From assembly GCA_963666565.1 (NCBI GenBank), contig OY762911.1:1376001-1440000 (forward strand): 64,000 nucleotides of DNA, read 5' to 3'. Origin of the DNA: Thermoanaerobaculia bacterium (lineage in GTDB: Bacteria > Acidobacteriota > Thermoanaerobaculia > Multivoradales > Multivoraceae). A program made the translations under genes and the position numbers. Within the stretch, counting starts at the first letter, position 1. Every line of letters begins with the position of its first letter. Shown one piece after another: positions 32,752 through 43,186 of the stretch. Below the pieces are notes generated by a model that did not search any database, was not told the origin of the DNA, and was given only the letters and a program-made list of their open reading frames with translations.

Positions 32752-33359
32752 CGGCCGCTCGGCCGCAGCCCCTCCAGCAGCGTCCGCGTCGTCTGCCGGG
32801 TCAGTTCGTCGACGTCGACGTTCGGGTCGATCTGCCCCTCGATCAGCAGGGAGGCCAGGCCGTGGACCGCGCTCCACGCCACGTAGGCCCGGGTGCGCGG
32901 GTCTCCGGGCGCGATCTCGCCGCTCTCCTGGTGCGATTCGATGATTCCCGCCAGGTGCTCCAGCAGGGCGCCGGCCGCCTCGCGGAGTTCCGGTTCGCCC
33001 TGGCGGGCGATCGCCTCCTTGCCCCACATCAGGCGGTAGTGGGCCGGATGCTCCAGGGCGAAGCGGACGTACTCCTCGCCCATGCGGAGGAGCCGGTCCA
33101 CGCGGGACGGGGCGCCGGCGCCGGCGAGCGACTCCAGGCGCAGGCGGAGACGGTCGAAGCCCTGAACCGCCACCGCGACGAGCAGCGCCGTCTTGTCCGG
33201 GAAGTGCCGGTAGGGGGCCGCTCGCGACACGCCGAGACGGCCGCCGATCGCCCGCATCGTCACGCTGGCGGCGCCCCCCTCGGAGATCATGGCCGCCGCC
33301 GCCTCGACGAGGGCGGCCCGGAGGTCTCCGTGGTGGTAGGCGTGGACCCGCTCGGCCAT
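32748..33359 (-). CDS. TetR-family transcriptional regulator (WHG-type C-terminus)
   Basis: YHHGDLR.AL, TMR.I...LGVSRAAPYRHF.DK..LL, AWS.VHGLASL. Confidence 0.93.
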   Translation of the reverse strand: MAERVHAYHHGDLRAALVEAAAAMISEGGAASVTMRAIGGRLGVSRAAPYRHFPDKTALLVAVAVQGFDRLRLRLESLAGAGAPSRVDRLLRMGEEYVRFALEHPAHYRLMWGKEAIARQGEPELREAAGALLEHLAGIIESHQESGEIAPGDPRTRAYVAWSAVHGLASLLIEGQIDPNVDVDELTRQTTRTLLEGLRPSGR

Positions 33360-33385
33360 GGGCGATTATGGGCCAGGGCCGCGGG

Positions 33386-33430
33386 TGTTGACAATGTCAA
33401 CGGAGGCGTGTATGTTGACGATGTCAACAT
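33386..33430. promoter_or_regulatory. Tandem TetR-type operators overlapping a sigma70-like promoter
   Basis: GTTGAC-AAT-GTCAAC (33387-33401) and ATGTTGAC-GAT-GTCAACAT (33412-33430); TTGACA (33388) - 17 bp - TATGTT (33411). Confidence 0.85.
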
Positions 33431-33463
33431 TCCCCGGGACCGGAGAACGGGAGAGGAGGCATC

Positions 33464-35062
33464 GTGAAGAACGGACCGAAGAACCAAGGCGCCAGGCGCC
33501 ATCGACCGAGCCGGATCTCGTGGCTGGCCCTGAGGATCTGCCTGACCGGATGCGTGATGCCCGGTCTCGGGCAGGCGGGTTCGGCGACGCCGCCGGCCTA
33601 CGTCCCGGCGCGCCACGAGGTCGTCTTCGGCGCCGCCGAACGGCTGACAATGCTTGCCGGGTTCCTCTGGGGCGGCCCGGTAGCCGACCTCGTCGCCCTG
33701 AACGTCGACGTCGACGGCGACCGCCGGCTGCGGATCTTCCGGTTCGCGGACGGCGCGTGGTCGCCGGCCGTCGAGACGTCGCTGCGGCGCGACGTCTCGT
33801 TCGTGGACATCGCGAGCATCGACGGTCGGGACCGGCTGATCGCTTACGGCGGCGGCCGGCTGACCTGGTTCGATCCGGTTTCCGGGGAGGAACGGGAACT
33901 CGTCGCCGTGACCTCCGACTTCAGGGCGTCGCCGAGACGCGAGGTTCTCCACGTGGACGTCGCCCGCGACCTGAACGGGGACGGTCGCGACGACCTGGCG
34001 GTGCCGCACGGCCACGGATTCCAGGTCCTCGTTCAGGAGAGCGGCGGCTCGTTCTCGGAACCGCTGGCGATCGGCCCGTCCACGGGCCTGGACCGGGTCT
34101 ACGGGGCCGACGGGTACCGCTACGCGCCCTGGGAAGAAGGCGGCCGGATCCACGAGATGGACTACGACCTGGACGGCCGCACCGACCTCGCGTTCTGGAA
34201 CGAGGACAGGTTCGTCGTCCATCTCCAGGACGGGAGCGGTCGGTTCCGCGCGGAGGCCGAGACGTTCACTACCGCGATCCCCTTCGACTCCGACCAGATC
34301 GCCTCGCTGGCCGCGCCGGCGGGCATCCGCAACCGGCGGATGGACCACATGCCGGAAGGCGAGAGCACCGGCAGAGTGCTCCACTCGCTGACCGACATGA
34401 ACGGCGACGGCGTCGCCGACCTCGTCGTCTTCTCGCTGAAGGGTTCGAGCCTGTGGAAGATGCACTCCTCGTACGAGGTGTACTTCGGCGCTCGGGGGCC
34501 AGGGGGAAACGTGGAGTTCTCGGCGGACGCCGGAGCCGTCGTGGAGTCCCAAGGCATCATCGCCGGAATCGACCGGCACGACTTCGACCGCGACGGCCAG
34601 GTCGACGTGATGGTGACCGCCTTCGAGCCGACGGTCCTGAGCGCGGCCCGCGTCCTCATCATGTCGCTCTTCACCGGCGCCGGATCGTTCGACCTCGAGT
34701 TCTTCCGCATGGAGGACGGCCGCTTCGCACGGCGCCCCGCCGCGGTACGGGAGATCAGGCCGCGGTCGCCCAGGAAGTCGGGGGAGAGGTCCTTCTGGCC
34801 GGCGGTCCGGCTGGGAGACCTGAACGGCGACGGACGTTCGGACCTCGTCGTGGCGCGAAACCGCAAGCGGCTGCATGTCCATCTCGGCGTGCCGGGACCG
34901 GACCTGTTCGCGAGAAAGCCCCAGCGGATCGCGGTCGCAGTCCCCGAAGACGAGGAGTACACCTGGCTGGCCGACCTGAACCGGGACGGCAAGGACGACG
35001 TGCTGATGCACCACGCGTCGGAGGCGGCGCCTCACCGGCTGACGGTGCTGATGTCCCGGTAG
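33464..35062 (+). CDS. Secreted FG-GAP/VCBS-repeat protein
   Basis: Repeated D(L/M/F/Y)NGDGxxDL motifs (DLNGDGRDDL, DYDLDGRTDL, DMNGDGVADL, DFDRDGQVDV, DLNGDGRSDL, DLNRDGKDDV); GGAGG RBS. Confidence 0.88.
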   Translation: MKNGPKNQGARRHRPSRISWLALRICLTGCVMPGLGQAGSATPPAYVPARHEVVFGAAERLTMLAGFLWGGPVADLVALNVDVDGDRRLRIFRFADGAWSPAVETSLRRDVSFVDIASIDGRDRLIAYGGGRLTWFDPVSGEERELVAVTSDFRASPRREVLHVDVARDLNGDGRDDLAVPHGHGFQVLVQESGGSFSEPLAIGPSTGLDRVYGADGYRYAPWEEGGRIHEMDYDLDGRTDLAFWNEDRFVVHLQDGSGRFRAEAETFTTAIPFDSDQIASLAAPAGIRNRRMDHMPEGESTGRVLHSLTDMNGDGVADLVVFSLKGSSLWKMHSSYEVYFGARGPGGNVEFSADAGAVVESQGIIAGIDRHDFDRDGQVDVMVTAFEPTVLSAARVLIMSLFTGAGSFDLEFFRMEDGRFARRPAAVREIRPRSPRKSGERSFWPAVRLGDLNGDGRSDLVVARNRKRLHVHLGVPGPDLFARKPQRIAVAVPEDEEYTWLADLNRDGKDDVLMHHASEAAPHRLTVLMSR

Positions 35063-35077
35063 CGCAAAGGTGAGGTC

Positions 35078-35187
35078 GCCGCTTCGCGGCGCGCTTTCCT
35101 CGGAAGCCGGCGGGGACGCCGGCGCACCCAGTGTGCAGCGTCTGCTGGGTGCGCGGGTCTTCCGACCCGCTGCCGCCGGAGGCGGCC
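35078..35187. repeat. Foot-to-foot pair of REP-like elements between convergent genes
   Basis: Variant B on minus (35106-35131) and variant A on plus (35145-35187). Confidence 0.88.
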
Positions 35188-35206
35188 AGGGACCGCGCCG
35201 CCCTTC

Positions 35207-37753
35207 TCACAACCGAAACAGCCGCGTGACCTTCACGATCAGCGCCCGGTTCTCGAGCCCCGGGAAGCCCTCCGCCAGGGTGTCCCGCTGCTCGTTGTAG
35301 ACGACGAACAGCTCGCTGCCGGGCGTGTACTCCCAGCGCAACCGCACGTTCGCGGCCAGTCCGCGGCTCTCGGAGTCGTACTGAAAGAGCGCGGTCACGA
35401 ACATGCGCGGGTTCATCGTGTAGACCGCGCGCAGGTCGACAAGTTCCACATCGAAGTCGCCCTCGGGCAACTCCACGCGGTTGAACGAGATGCCGGGTTC
35501 GAGCAGGAACCGTGAACTCAGGTTCACGCGCCCCCAGCCCCAGCCGAAGGACGTCTTGCGGCCGCTGTAGAAGTCGCCGTACTCGATGAAGAACTCGCCG
35601 GAGATCCGCCGCTGCTGGCCGAGTTGATACTCGGCTTGCACGTAGTCGAAGTCGTAGCCGCCGACGCCGAGCGTGATGTCCGAGGCGATGGGGAACGGAT
35701 AGGGGAGGAACTCGTAGGTCCGCGCGTACGTCAGCCCGAACTCGTCCCCGCTGTGGAACTCGATCTCCAGCTCCCACTCGGACTCGCGGGTCTCGACCAC
35801 GCCGGCGCCGTTCTCGATGTAGGCCATCGACCCGGACCACGAGTACTTGCGCACCAGCCTGCTATCGGCCGGGCGCGGGCTGAACCGGAACTGGCCGAAG
35901 GAACGGCGCATGTCGTGGCGGCGGACGAAGCCGATGCCTGGGTTGAAGTGGCCGCCCACTCGCAGGCGCTCCAGTTGGACTCCGTAGCGGTCGCCGTTGA
36001 AGTCCATCTGGAAGCGATAGCTGGCGTCGTCGTCCTTGAGTCCGGGCGTGCTCGTCTCGGCCCAGTAGGCGTTGAACGTGAGGTTGTCGAAGAAGGCGAA
36101 CGTCCCGTCGACGCCGTAGGCCTCGTTGCGTCCGGCGCCTGTCAGGTCGATCGAGCGGCGCGTGTAGATGACGCCGACGCTGCTCCGGCGCAGGATGTCC
36201 CGCTTGAGCCGCAGCACGCCGAAGTTCGTCGCGACCGCGCCGGACAGCGGTTCGTCGTCCGCCTGGATGTTCAGCAGGCCGAGCGTGTAGCGGCCGGCCC
36301 GTCCGGTCAGCCGGGCGCCGGCCTCGATGGGTACCGCCCGTCCCTCGTGCAGGCCGATGCGCCGGCTGTAGAAAAGGGTCGGCGTGTCCCAGGACCCCCC
36401 GAACGGGCCGCCTCCGGCCCCGCCGAAGGCGAAGGTTCCCTGGTTCTCGAGGAAGAAGTCGCGCTTCTCGGGGAAGAAGAGGCTGAAGCGCGTCAGATCG
36501 ACCTGCTGCTGGTCGGCTTCGACCTGGGCGAAGTCGGTGTTGACCGTGAAGTCGGCCGTGAGGTTCTGGCTGAGTCCGTACTTGACGTCGATGCCGAGGT
36601 CGGCGCTGACCTCGTTCGAGATCTCCGGGTCGACCAGGCGGTCGCTCGCCATGTCGGCCACCATGTAGGGCTTGAACTCGAGGTTCCTCGATGCCGGCGG
36701 CGCTTCCAGTCCGACCAGCTTCGCCGCCAGCGACATCTGCATGATGCCCATGGTGCCCCGCGCCTCCGGCATGCGGGTCAACGTGGAGCTCTCGTTCTTC
36801 CACTGCGTGTAGCGCTGGAAGTTGACGCCCCAGATCTGCGTCGCGCCGGGGCGATACCGGAGCGACCGGAACGGGATGGCGGCTTCCGCCGTCCAGCCGC
36901 CCTCGAACCGGCCCGTTCTGAGGTCCCATACCGGGTTCCAGTCCATGTTCATCTGGCTCTCGTCGGTGATCTGCGCGTCGAAGCGGCCGCCCGAGGCGTA
37001 GACGGTGAAGATGGCGGCGTTGCGGTGGTCGTGGAACGTGTCGAGAGCGATGTCGACGTAGTCGTCCTCGCTGAACGAGTCGCGCCTCATGTCGTTGGCG
37101 GCGATCCGGTCGGGGTCCTGCCAGCAGCGGAACGAGACGAAGACCGTGGCGTCGTCGAACGCGACCCAGACGTCCGTCCTGTCGGTGGCCGGCTCACCCG
37201 GCCGGGGTTCGACCTGGAGGAAGTCCGAAATCGGCGGCACGGCATCGTAGAGGACCTCGTCGAGCCGGCCGTCGATACGGAGCGGCGTAGCGAGGCGCAC
37301 GGCTCGAACCGTGGCCTCGCCCGAGTCGTTCCGGTTCATCACGGCAGGCGGCACGGGTGGAGGCGGCCCGTCGAAGTTGGGGGGAAGGTCCAGCGGCGCC
37401 GTTCGCGGCGCGGGCGAGCCGGGCGGAAGCGAGGCCGGTGCCGGCTCCGGCGCCTGTGCCGCGACGTCCGGCGCCAGGAAGAGGGCGCCCACGAGCAACC
37501 AGCGGAAAGTCGCCTGCCGGGTGCGCGGGTCTTCCGACCCGCTGCCGCCGGAGGCGGCCGGAAGGACAGACCGGCCGTTAGGCCGGCTCCGCTCGGGCTG
37601 GCGCCTCGTTTGGTGCGGTCGCCGGCCTTCGGCCGGCGGTCCTGTCGTCCGGGCAGCGCCGCTCCGCGGCACAGGCCGTGGGCGGGTCAGAAGACCCGCG
37701 CACCCAGTGGGCTGGCTTCGCCGGCCGCCGGTTCCATGCAAGCGGTTCGTCAT
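35207..37753 (-). CDS. CBM9-like / DUF5916 domain protein (probable outer-membrane or secreted)
   Basis: [68 protein letters not shown]; ATGA coupling to upstream gene. Confidence 0.88.
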   Translation of the reverse strand: MTNRLHGTGGRRSQPTGCAGLLTRPRPVPRSGAARTTGPPAEGRRPHQTRRQPERSRPNGRSVLPAASGGSGSEDPRTRQATFRWLLVGALFLAPDVAAQAPEPAPASLPPGSPAPRTAPLDLPPNFDGPPPPVPPAVMNRNDSGEATVRAVRLATPLRIDGRLDEVLYDAVPPISDFLQVEPRPGEPATDRTDVWVAFDDATVFVSFRCWQDPDRIAANDMRRDSFSEDDYVDIALDTFHDHRNAAIFTVYASGGRFDAQITDESQMNMDWNPVWDLRTGRFEGGWTAEAAIPFRSLRYRPGATQIWGVNFQRYTQWKNESSTLTRMPEARGTMGIMQMSLAAKLVGLEAPPASRNLEFKPYMVADMASDRLVDPEISNEVSADLGIDVKYGLSQNLTADFTVNTDFAQVEADQQQVDLTRFSLFFPEKRDFFLENQGTFAFGGAGGGPFGGSWDTPTLFYSRRIGLHEGRAVPIEAGARLTGRAGRYTLGLLNIQADDEPLSGAVATNFGVLRLKRDILRRSSVGVIYTRRSIDLTGAGRNEAYGVDGTFAFFDNLTFNAYWAETSTPGLKDDDASYRFQMDFNGDRYGVQLERLRVGGHFNPGIGFVRRHDMRRSFGQFRFSPRPADSRLVRKYSWSGSMAYIENGAGVVETRESEWELEIEFHSGDEFGLTYARTYEFLPYPFPIASDITLGVGGYDFDYVQAEYQLGQQRRISGEFFIEYGDFYSGRKTSFGWGWGRVNLSSRFLLEPGISFNRVELPEGDFDVELVDLRAVYTMNPRMFVTALFQYDSESRGLAANVRLRWEYTPGSELFVVYNEQRDTLAEGFPGLENRALIVKVTRLFRL
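37517..37707. repeat. Inverted pair of REP-like elements (REPIN-like) within 5' coding region
   Basis: Plus copy 37517-37593 and minus copy 37682-37707. Confidence 0.88.
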
Positions 37754-40119
37754 CCGATCCGGTTCCTGCCGACGTTCTCGTCCTGATGCACGGTCACCGG
37801 CCAGCCGGGGAACTGGGCATCCTCGCCGTCCGCGTCTCCGGCAGTGCTCAGGAAACGGAACGCCTCGATCCGGTAGGTCTTCGCCTCGGTGTCGATCGTG
37901 ATCAGGCCGAAGCCGCTGCTCTTCTGGTGCGCCCGCTCGTACGGGTCGGGCGCGGTGCCCACCTCCGGGTTGCCGATCGCGTAGACGTAGACGCGGTTGC
38001 CCAGCGGATCGAGGAACTCGCCGGTGTGCTCCCGGCCGTGCCGGGGCCGGTTCCGGTGGGGGATGCCGACCTCGTCGGGCCGCCACCAGCGCGGATAGCC
38101 GGCGCTGATCGCCGGCGTGCAGAACGCCCAGCAGCCGTCGCGCTGGGCGTCGGCCCCGTACTGGACGAGCGAGGGCAGGTGCTGGTCGCCGCAGACGTGC
38201 AGGCACTTCGCCTTCCGGAGGATGCGGACGAGCCGGTTGCGCGGCGTCTGCGGCCAGCCGCCGCAGTCGAGATCGGCGATCAGGTAGTCGTCGTAACCGC
38301 CGTGGTGCGTAGCGACGCCCGCGAACACCGTCTGGCTGAGCAGCACCTTCATCGTGTGGCCCCGCCAGTCGCCGGCCCACTGCTCCAGGAACGCTTCCTG
38401 CCGGTCGCCGAGCAGCGCGAGGCCGGGCCGGTCGAGCGCGGAGGTGTCGACGCTTTCGTCCAGCACGTGGTCGGCCCGGCCGGGCCCGGTGTCCACGTGC
38501 TCCGGGCCGCTCTTGAACTGCCGGTCGGCGAGGATCGCGAACCCCACGCCGCCGTAGACCATGTCGCCGTAGTAGACGCCGATGTCCTGGTCCACAGGCG
38601 CCGGGTCGAACGGGTCCGGGTGATGCGATGCGTTCGTGCGGTGGACGACGTTCACCATCCGCGCCGGCTCCCGGTAGCCGCCGAGCGAGGAGGTGCCCCG
38701 GCCGGCATCCATCGCCTTGCCGCCCTCGCCCCAGATGTTGCCCTGGAACACGTCGTGATCATCCGGAACACACAACGTCGGCCGGTCCCGCATGGTTTCC
38801 CGGAACGCCCAGCCGAACATGTAGTACTTGCGCAGGTAGTTCAGGATCGCGGGCCCGGCCGGCTCGCGGATCAGGCCGTAGCCGCCGTGGTTCTCGTAGA
38901 GCTGGTCGCCGGAGAAGAAGAGCAGGTCGGGGTCGCGCGCCAGAACGTGGTCCGCGACCGGGGCGTACGGGAAGGAGTAGTCGTTCTGGCAGGTGAGACC
39001 GGCCAGCCGCAGCGGCCGCCCGGCCGGATTGGCGCGGATCGTGCCGCGCCACTCGTGCTCCGTCTCGCCGCCGTCCGTGTGCCGCTCGCGGTAGACAAGC
39101 CGGAACGGCGCCGCCTCGCCCTCGTTCCAGTTGGGCAGCCGGAACGTCGCCGTCCAAGCGTCCGGGTCGAGTTCGGCGAAGCCGTGGGAGCGCCATTCCC
39201 CGTCCCGCTCCGTCAGCAACTCGACCCGCCGGTCGTCGTCCGCGCCCAGCGGCGGCAGCAGCGCCGTCATCTTGACGACGAACCCCTCGTCGCCGCGGAA
39301 GTCGCTCATCGAGTACATCGTCCACAGGATCGGCCCGAACCGGTGGCCCTCGTCGACCTCTAAGGCGTCGCCGTCCGCCGTCCACTCGCCGAAGCGGTAC
39401 CGGGTGCCCTCGCCCTTCGGGATCTCCCGATCGAAGTTGCTGACGATGGCAACGTTTCCCTCGATCTCGGCCGCCTGCACCGTGTGAGTGAGGCTGCCCA
39501 GTTCAGTTCCGGAGGCGGTCCGGGCCGTCAGGCTGAGTTCACAGTCCTGGCCCTCGGTTCTGCCCTCAAGAACCAGGATGATCCCCTTGGCCGCCACGCC
39601 GTCGCCGTCGGCCGCCTCCGCGCTGGCTCCTCCAAGCACAAGCCGCCCATCGATCAGCCCCGCATCGACCCCGACGCCGCGCGCGAAGCAGTTGCTGCGA
39701 TGGTCATCGATCCGGTTGCGAATACCAATCCGGAACCCCGCGCCGCCGTCCCGCTCGCCGACTTCCACCTGCCGGCAACGCACCGACATCCGGAACCGCC
39801 CCGGCCCGCCGGTCAGTCGGTGCGTGATCAGGTGAACGTTCCGGTCGCCGCCCGATGTCTGCGCCTCGGCGGCGCCGTCCACCACCCGCCAGTCCTCCAT
39901 CGGATTGGCCCAGAACCGCTCGCCGAGCCAGACTCGGTCGTGCGTCCGGTGCCAGCGGTCGACCCGGGTGCCAGAGACCCGATCGCTTCCCTGCTGTCGT
40001 GCCTCGGCCCGTCCGATCCGCCTTGGCAGGGAAACCACAGCGGCCAGGAATCCCAGGAGTCCGCGTCGCGTGAAACCGTCCCTTGAATCGGAACCGCTAT
40101 CGCCACCTCGCCGGGCCAT
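37750..40119 (-). CDS. Tat-exported PhoD-like (alkaline phosphatase D family) metallophosphoesterase
   Basis: TRRGLLG Tat motif; [43 protein letters not shown]. Confidence 0.85.
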   Translation of the reverse strand: MARRGGDSGSDSRDGFTRRGLLGFLAAVVSLPRRIGRAEARQQGSDRVSGTRVDRWHRTHDRVWLGERFWANPMEDWRVVDGAAEAQTSGGDRNVHLITHRLTGGPGRFRMSVRCRQVEVGERDGGAGFRIGIRNRIDDHRSNCFARGVGVDAGLIDGRLVLGGASAEAADGDGVAAKGIILVLEGRTEGQDCELSLTARTASGTELGSLTHTVQAAEIEGNVAIVSNFDREIPKGEGTRYRFGEWTADGDALEVDEGHRFGPILWTMYSMSDFRGDEGFVVKMTALLPPLGADDDRRVELLTERDGEWRSHGFAELDPDAWTATFRLPNWNEGEAAPFRLVYRERHTDGGETEHEWRGTIRANPAGRPLRLAGLTCQNDYSFPYAPVADHVLARDPDLLFFSGDQLYENHGGYGLIREPAGPAILNYLRKYYMFGWAFRETMRDRPTLCVPDDHDVFQGNIWGEGGKAMDAGRGTSSLGGYREPARMVNVVHRTNASHHPDPFDPAPVDQDIGVYYGDMVYGGVGFAILADRQFKSGPEHVDTGPGRADHVLDESVDTSALDRPGLALLGDRQEAFLEQWAGDWRGHTMKVLLSQTVFAGVATHHGGYDDYLIADLDCGGWPQTPRNRLVRILRKAKCLHVCGDQHLPSLVQYGADAQRDGCWAFCTPAISAGYPRWWRPDEVGIPHRNRPRHGREHTGEFLDPLGNRVYVYAIGNPEVGTAPDPYERAHQKSSGFGLITIDTEAKTYRIEAFRFLSTAGDADGEDAQFPGWPVTVHQDENVGRNRIG

Positions 40120-40262
40120 GACCGCAGTATCGCACCACAAAGTTGCGCTCGGACGCCGTACCAGGGCTCGCCACTACGCGGCATCGCGCTACAGCCGGCC
40201 AGAAGGCCGGCTCACCGGCACTCGGACAGCGATCGGATGCCGCCACGCACCGATGATGTCCA

Positions 40263-40441
40263 GCCCGCAGCGGGTCCGAGGGGGGAGGGCCCCAGCGGGC
40301 TCGGAGCGAGCGACTTCCGGTGACCTGACCGTAGGCACCGACCACCCGAAGCGAGCGGAGTGAAGTGAACGCCAGCTTTCCCCTCTTCCGAGAAGGCGTG
40401 AACGTCCGGTGGGACCCTCCCCCCTCGGACCCGCTGCGGGC
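40263..40441. repeat. 31-bp inverted repeat pair (MITE/REPIN-like)
   Basis: GCCCGCAGCGGGTCCGAGGGGGGAGGGCCCC (40263-40293) versus reverse complement of 40411-40441; one mismatch. Confidence 0.8.
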
Positions 40442-40468
40442 GGGTGCTACCGACGCGTCGCCGCGGCG

Positions 40469-40918
40469 CTACTCGCCGTGCCGTTCCTCCGCGGTCTGCT
40501 TGAGCGCCCTGCCGACGGCCGCGAAGCCGCGGTGCATGGCGCCGCCGAACAGGAGGCGGGCCACGGGCGCCAGCGGCCCTTCGAGGGTGTCGGTGTTGAA
40601 GTAGGTGCAGCTCGTCTCGCTTCGCTTCTCGAGTCGCTGGACACGGAGCGCCTTGACGAGTCCGAGGGCGACGTTCGTGGTCCAGGCCAGGCGGGTCGGC
40701 GGTTCGACGATGGCGATGCGCTCGGTCTGCTTCCGGTTGTAGCGGTCGAGCTTGACGTCGAAGTGGATCGTGGAGCCCACGCGGACATCGGTCTTCCTGC
40801 AGGTCCGGGCGAAGGGGTTCCACTCGTGGTAGCCGTCGAGGTCGGCGAGGAGGTCCCAGGCCACCTCGATGGGAGCGTCGATCTCTACCGGTTCCGAATC
40901 GATGGAGCGCTTGAACAT
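40469..40918 (-). CDS. SRPBCC (START/polyketide cyclase-like) domain protein
   Basis: VEIDAP.E..WD.L.DL..Y.EWNPF, ..PPTRLAW, F..V..ALK..AE; GGAGG RBS. Confidence 0.85.
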   Translation of the reverse strand: MFKRSIDSEPVEIDAPIEVAWDLLADLDGYHEWNPFARTCRKTDVRVGSTIHFDVKLDRYNRKQTERIAIVEPPTRLAWTTNVALGLVKALRVQRLEKRSETSCTYFNTDTLEGPLAPVARLLFGGAMHRGFAAVGRALKQTAEERHGE

Positions 40919-40940
40919 CTGAGCCTCCTCCTGCTCGCTT

Positions 40941-42056
40941 CTACTCCTGGCCGAGCGACCGGAACCAGCGGTCCGAATCTTCCCAGAGGCGTCGCGACGC
41001 GCCTTCGTCGCGGGCGTCGGGGATGGGCTCGGCCTGCGCGCAGCGCTCATGGTAGTGGCCGCCTTCCAGGTGGGGATCCGTCGCGCACCGGATCGTCGTC
41101 TGGGCGGCCTGGGCCGGCGTCAGGAGGATCAGCGGCGCCAGCGGCACGATCAGGCGCTTCATCCGTCTGAGCAGCCGGGGTTCGTCCTGCCAGCCGAACG
41201 TCATGTTCGAGTAGGCCGACCCCGGATGCAGGGCGGCCGCCCGGAGGTTGCCGTCCGCGGCGTAGCGGCGGTGCAGCTCGAAGGCGTGGTGGATCAGCGC
41301 CAGCTTGGACACGCCGTAGGCGGTCCAGGAGTCCGGGGGCTTCATCCCCGCGCCGGGCGGTCGCGCGGAACGGTCGGCGGCCGGCGCGCGAGCGTGCCGC
41401 TCGGGTGTCGTCCGCGTACCCGATGGCGGGCGCGCGGACGGGTCCACCGCCGGTTCGCGAACGGGCGCGAAGAGACGGTCGTTGCTGCCCTTGTCGTGCT
41501 GGTGCGAGGAGACGTTGATCACGCGCGCGTCGCCGGTTCGTCGACCGGACTCGAGCAGCATCGGCAGCAGCAGGCGGGTCAGGTGGAACGTGCCGAGGTA
41601 GTTCGTCCGCCAGTGGATCTCGAAGCCGTCGGCGGATAACCGGGGCTTTCGCCAGCGCCAGAGCACGTCGCGGAGGATGCCGGCGTTGTTGATCAGGACG
41701 TCCAGGCGCGCGCCGGACGTCTCGCGGTACCAGGCGGCGAAGGCCGCGACGCTGGCCGCGTCGGCGAGGTCGAGCCGGTGGGCTTCGATTCCGGCCTGAC
41801 GCTCGCCGCTGTCCCGCAGGTCGCGCAACAGGGCCTCGCGGGCGGCGCCGCTGTCGCGCGGGTCGGTGACGGCGACGTCGGCGCCCCAGGCGGCCAGCGT
41901 CCGGGCGACCTGGTAGCCGATCGATCCCGGCGTTGCGCCCGTGACGATCGCCTTGCGGCCCGACATGTCCACCCGCTCGGCCATCGGCTTGCGGGAGCAG
42001 AGCTCCCAAAGGTGGTGGAAGGCCTTGGAGACCGCTGATCCGGGTCGGTAAGCCAT
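40941..42056 (-). CDS. SDR oxidoreductase (retinol dehydrogenase/WWOX-like)
   Basis: IVTGA..GSIG, LDLAD, LINNAGI, DGFE....TNYLG.F.LT, NVSS..H, YGVSKLA, HPG; about 40-aa internal insertion. Confidence 0.88.
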   Translation of the reverse strand: MAYRPGSAVSKAFHHLWELCSRKPMAERVDMSGRKAIVTGATPGSIGYQVARTLAAWGADVAVTDPRDSGAAREALLRDLRDSGERQAGIEAHRLDLADAASVAAFAAWYRETSGARLDVLINNAGILRDVLWRWRKPRLSADGFEIHWRTNYLGTFHLTRLLLPMLLESGRRTGDARVINVSSHQHDKGSNDRLFAPVREPAVDPSARPPSGTRTTPERHARAPAADRSARPPGAGMKPPDSWTAYGVSKLALIHHAFELHRRYAADGNLRAAALHPGSAYSNMTFGWQDEPRLLRRMKRLIVPLAPLILLTPAQAAQTTIRCATDPHLEGGHYHERCAQAEPIPDARDEGASRRLWEDSDRWFRSLGQE

Positions 42057-42082
42057 GAAGTTGGTGGCGCGCGACGGACCGT

Positions 42083-43129
42083 TCAGAGCCGGCGCTTCGC
42101 GCCGGATGCCGGCGGGGACGCCGGCGCACCAAGTTTCTGCCCTGCGAGCTCCCAGCTCGGCGGCAACTGCGTCTCAAGCAACGCCTCGCTGGCCCGCCAC
42201 AACCTGGCGCCGTTGGCCGGGTCCGCGGCGTGCCGGGACGGCCGCTTCTCGCGCAGCATGTGCAGGTAGATGCCGCTGCGCTTGCCGGCCTCGCCGGCGC
42301 AGCACAGGTAGCTCACGGGCCGGGCGGCCTTCTCCGGCGTCAGGAAGAACAGCTTCATCATCGGGACCACGAGCGGCTTGAGGAACCACGGCGCATCCCG
42401 CGCGATCGCCGTGTTCACGGGGCCGGGACAGAGCGAATGGACGACCACGTGCTCTTCGCCGTCGCGGTTCAGGCGCCGCGATAGCTCGGTCGCGTAGGTG
42501 CAGACGACGAGCTTGCTCGCGCCGTAGTGCCGGATCCCGTCCCGGACGCCGTAGTCCGTGAACTCGCCGAAGCGGTCGAAGTCGATCGGCTCGGCGGAGC
42601 GGTGCGCGTCGGAGGAGACGAGGACGATCCGGGGCGCCTCTTCGATCCGGGTCGCCGGGCGGACCGTTCCGTCCTTCAGCCAGCGATCCACCAGGACCCG
42701 GTTGGCCAGGAAGTGGACGGCGAACATCGTCTCGAAGCCCTGCGGCGTCCGGCGGGCGCGGCGCGGCACGACGCCGGCGTTGAGGATCGCGATGTCGAGC
42801 CGGGCGTCCCGTTCGCGCAGTTCGTCGCAGAGCGCATGTACCGAGCGCAGGTCGGAGAGGTCGACCCGAAGCATCTCGACCCGGTCGGAACCGGAGGCGT
42901 CCCTGACCTCTTCGCCGGCCTCGGGGTGGCCGCTCCGGCAGGCCATCAGGACGTGGCCGCCGCGCCTGGCGAGGTCGATGGCGACGGCCTTGCCGAGACC
43001 GCTGTTGGCCCCGGTCACCAGGCAGGTCCTGCCGTCGATCCGAACGGAATCGGCAAGCGGCTCGATCTCCGGCCGCTCGGCCGCCCGGTCCCGGACCGCC
43101 TTGCGGAGCACCTTGAAGAGCTTCTTCAT
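42083..43129 (-). CDS. SDR oxidoreductase (retinol dehydrogenase-like)
   Basis: VTGANSGLG, VDLSDL.SV, LNAG, YGASKL, CPGPVNT; C-terminal tail derived from the REP-like element. Confidence 0.9.
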   Translation of the reverse strand: MKKLFKVLRKAVRDRAAERPEIEPLADSVRIDGRTCLVTGANSGLGKAVAIDLARRGGHVLMACRSGHPEAGEEVRDASGSDRVEMLRVDLSDLRSVHALCDELRERDARLDIAILNAGVVPRRARRTPQGFETMFAVHFLANRVLVDRWLKDGTVRPATRIEEAPRIVLVSSDAHRSAEPIDFDRFGEFTDYGVRDGIRHYGASKLVVCTYATELSRRLNRDGEEHVVVHSLCPGPVNTAIARDAPWFLKPLVVPMMKLFFLTPEKAARPVSYLCCAGEAGKRSGIYLHMLREKRPSRHAADPANGARLWRASEALLETQLPPSWELAGQKLGAPASPPASGAKRRL

Positions 43130-43186
43130 GCGAGGTCGTCGCGCGGCCGGGAAAGCGGAAGAGCTCGACGGGCGCGGGGCGCGAGC

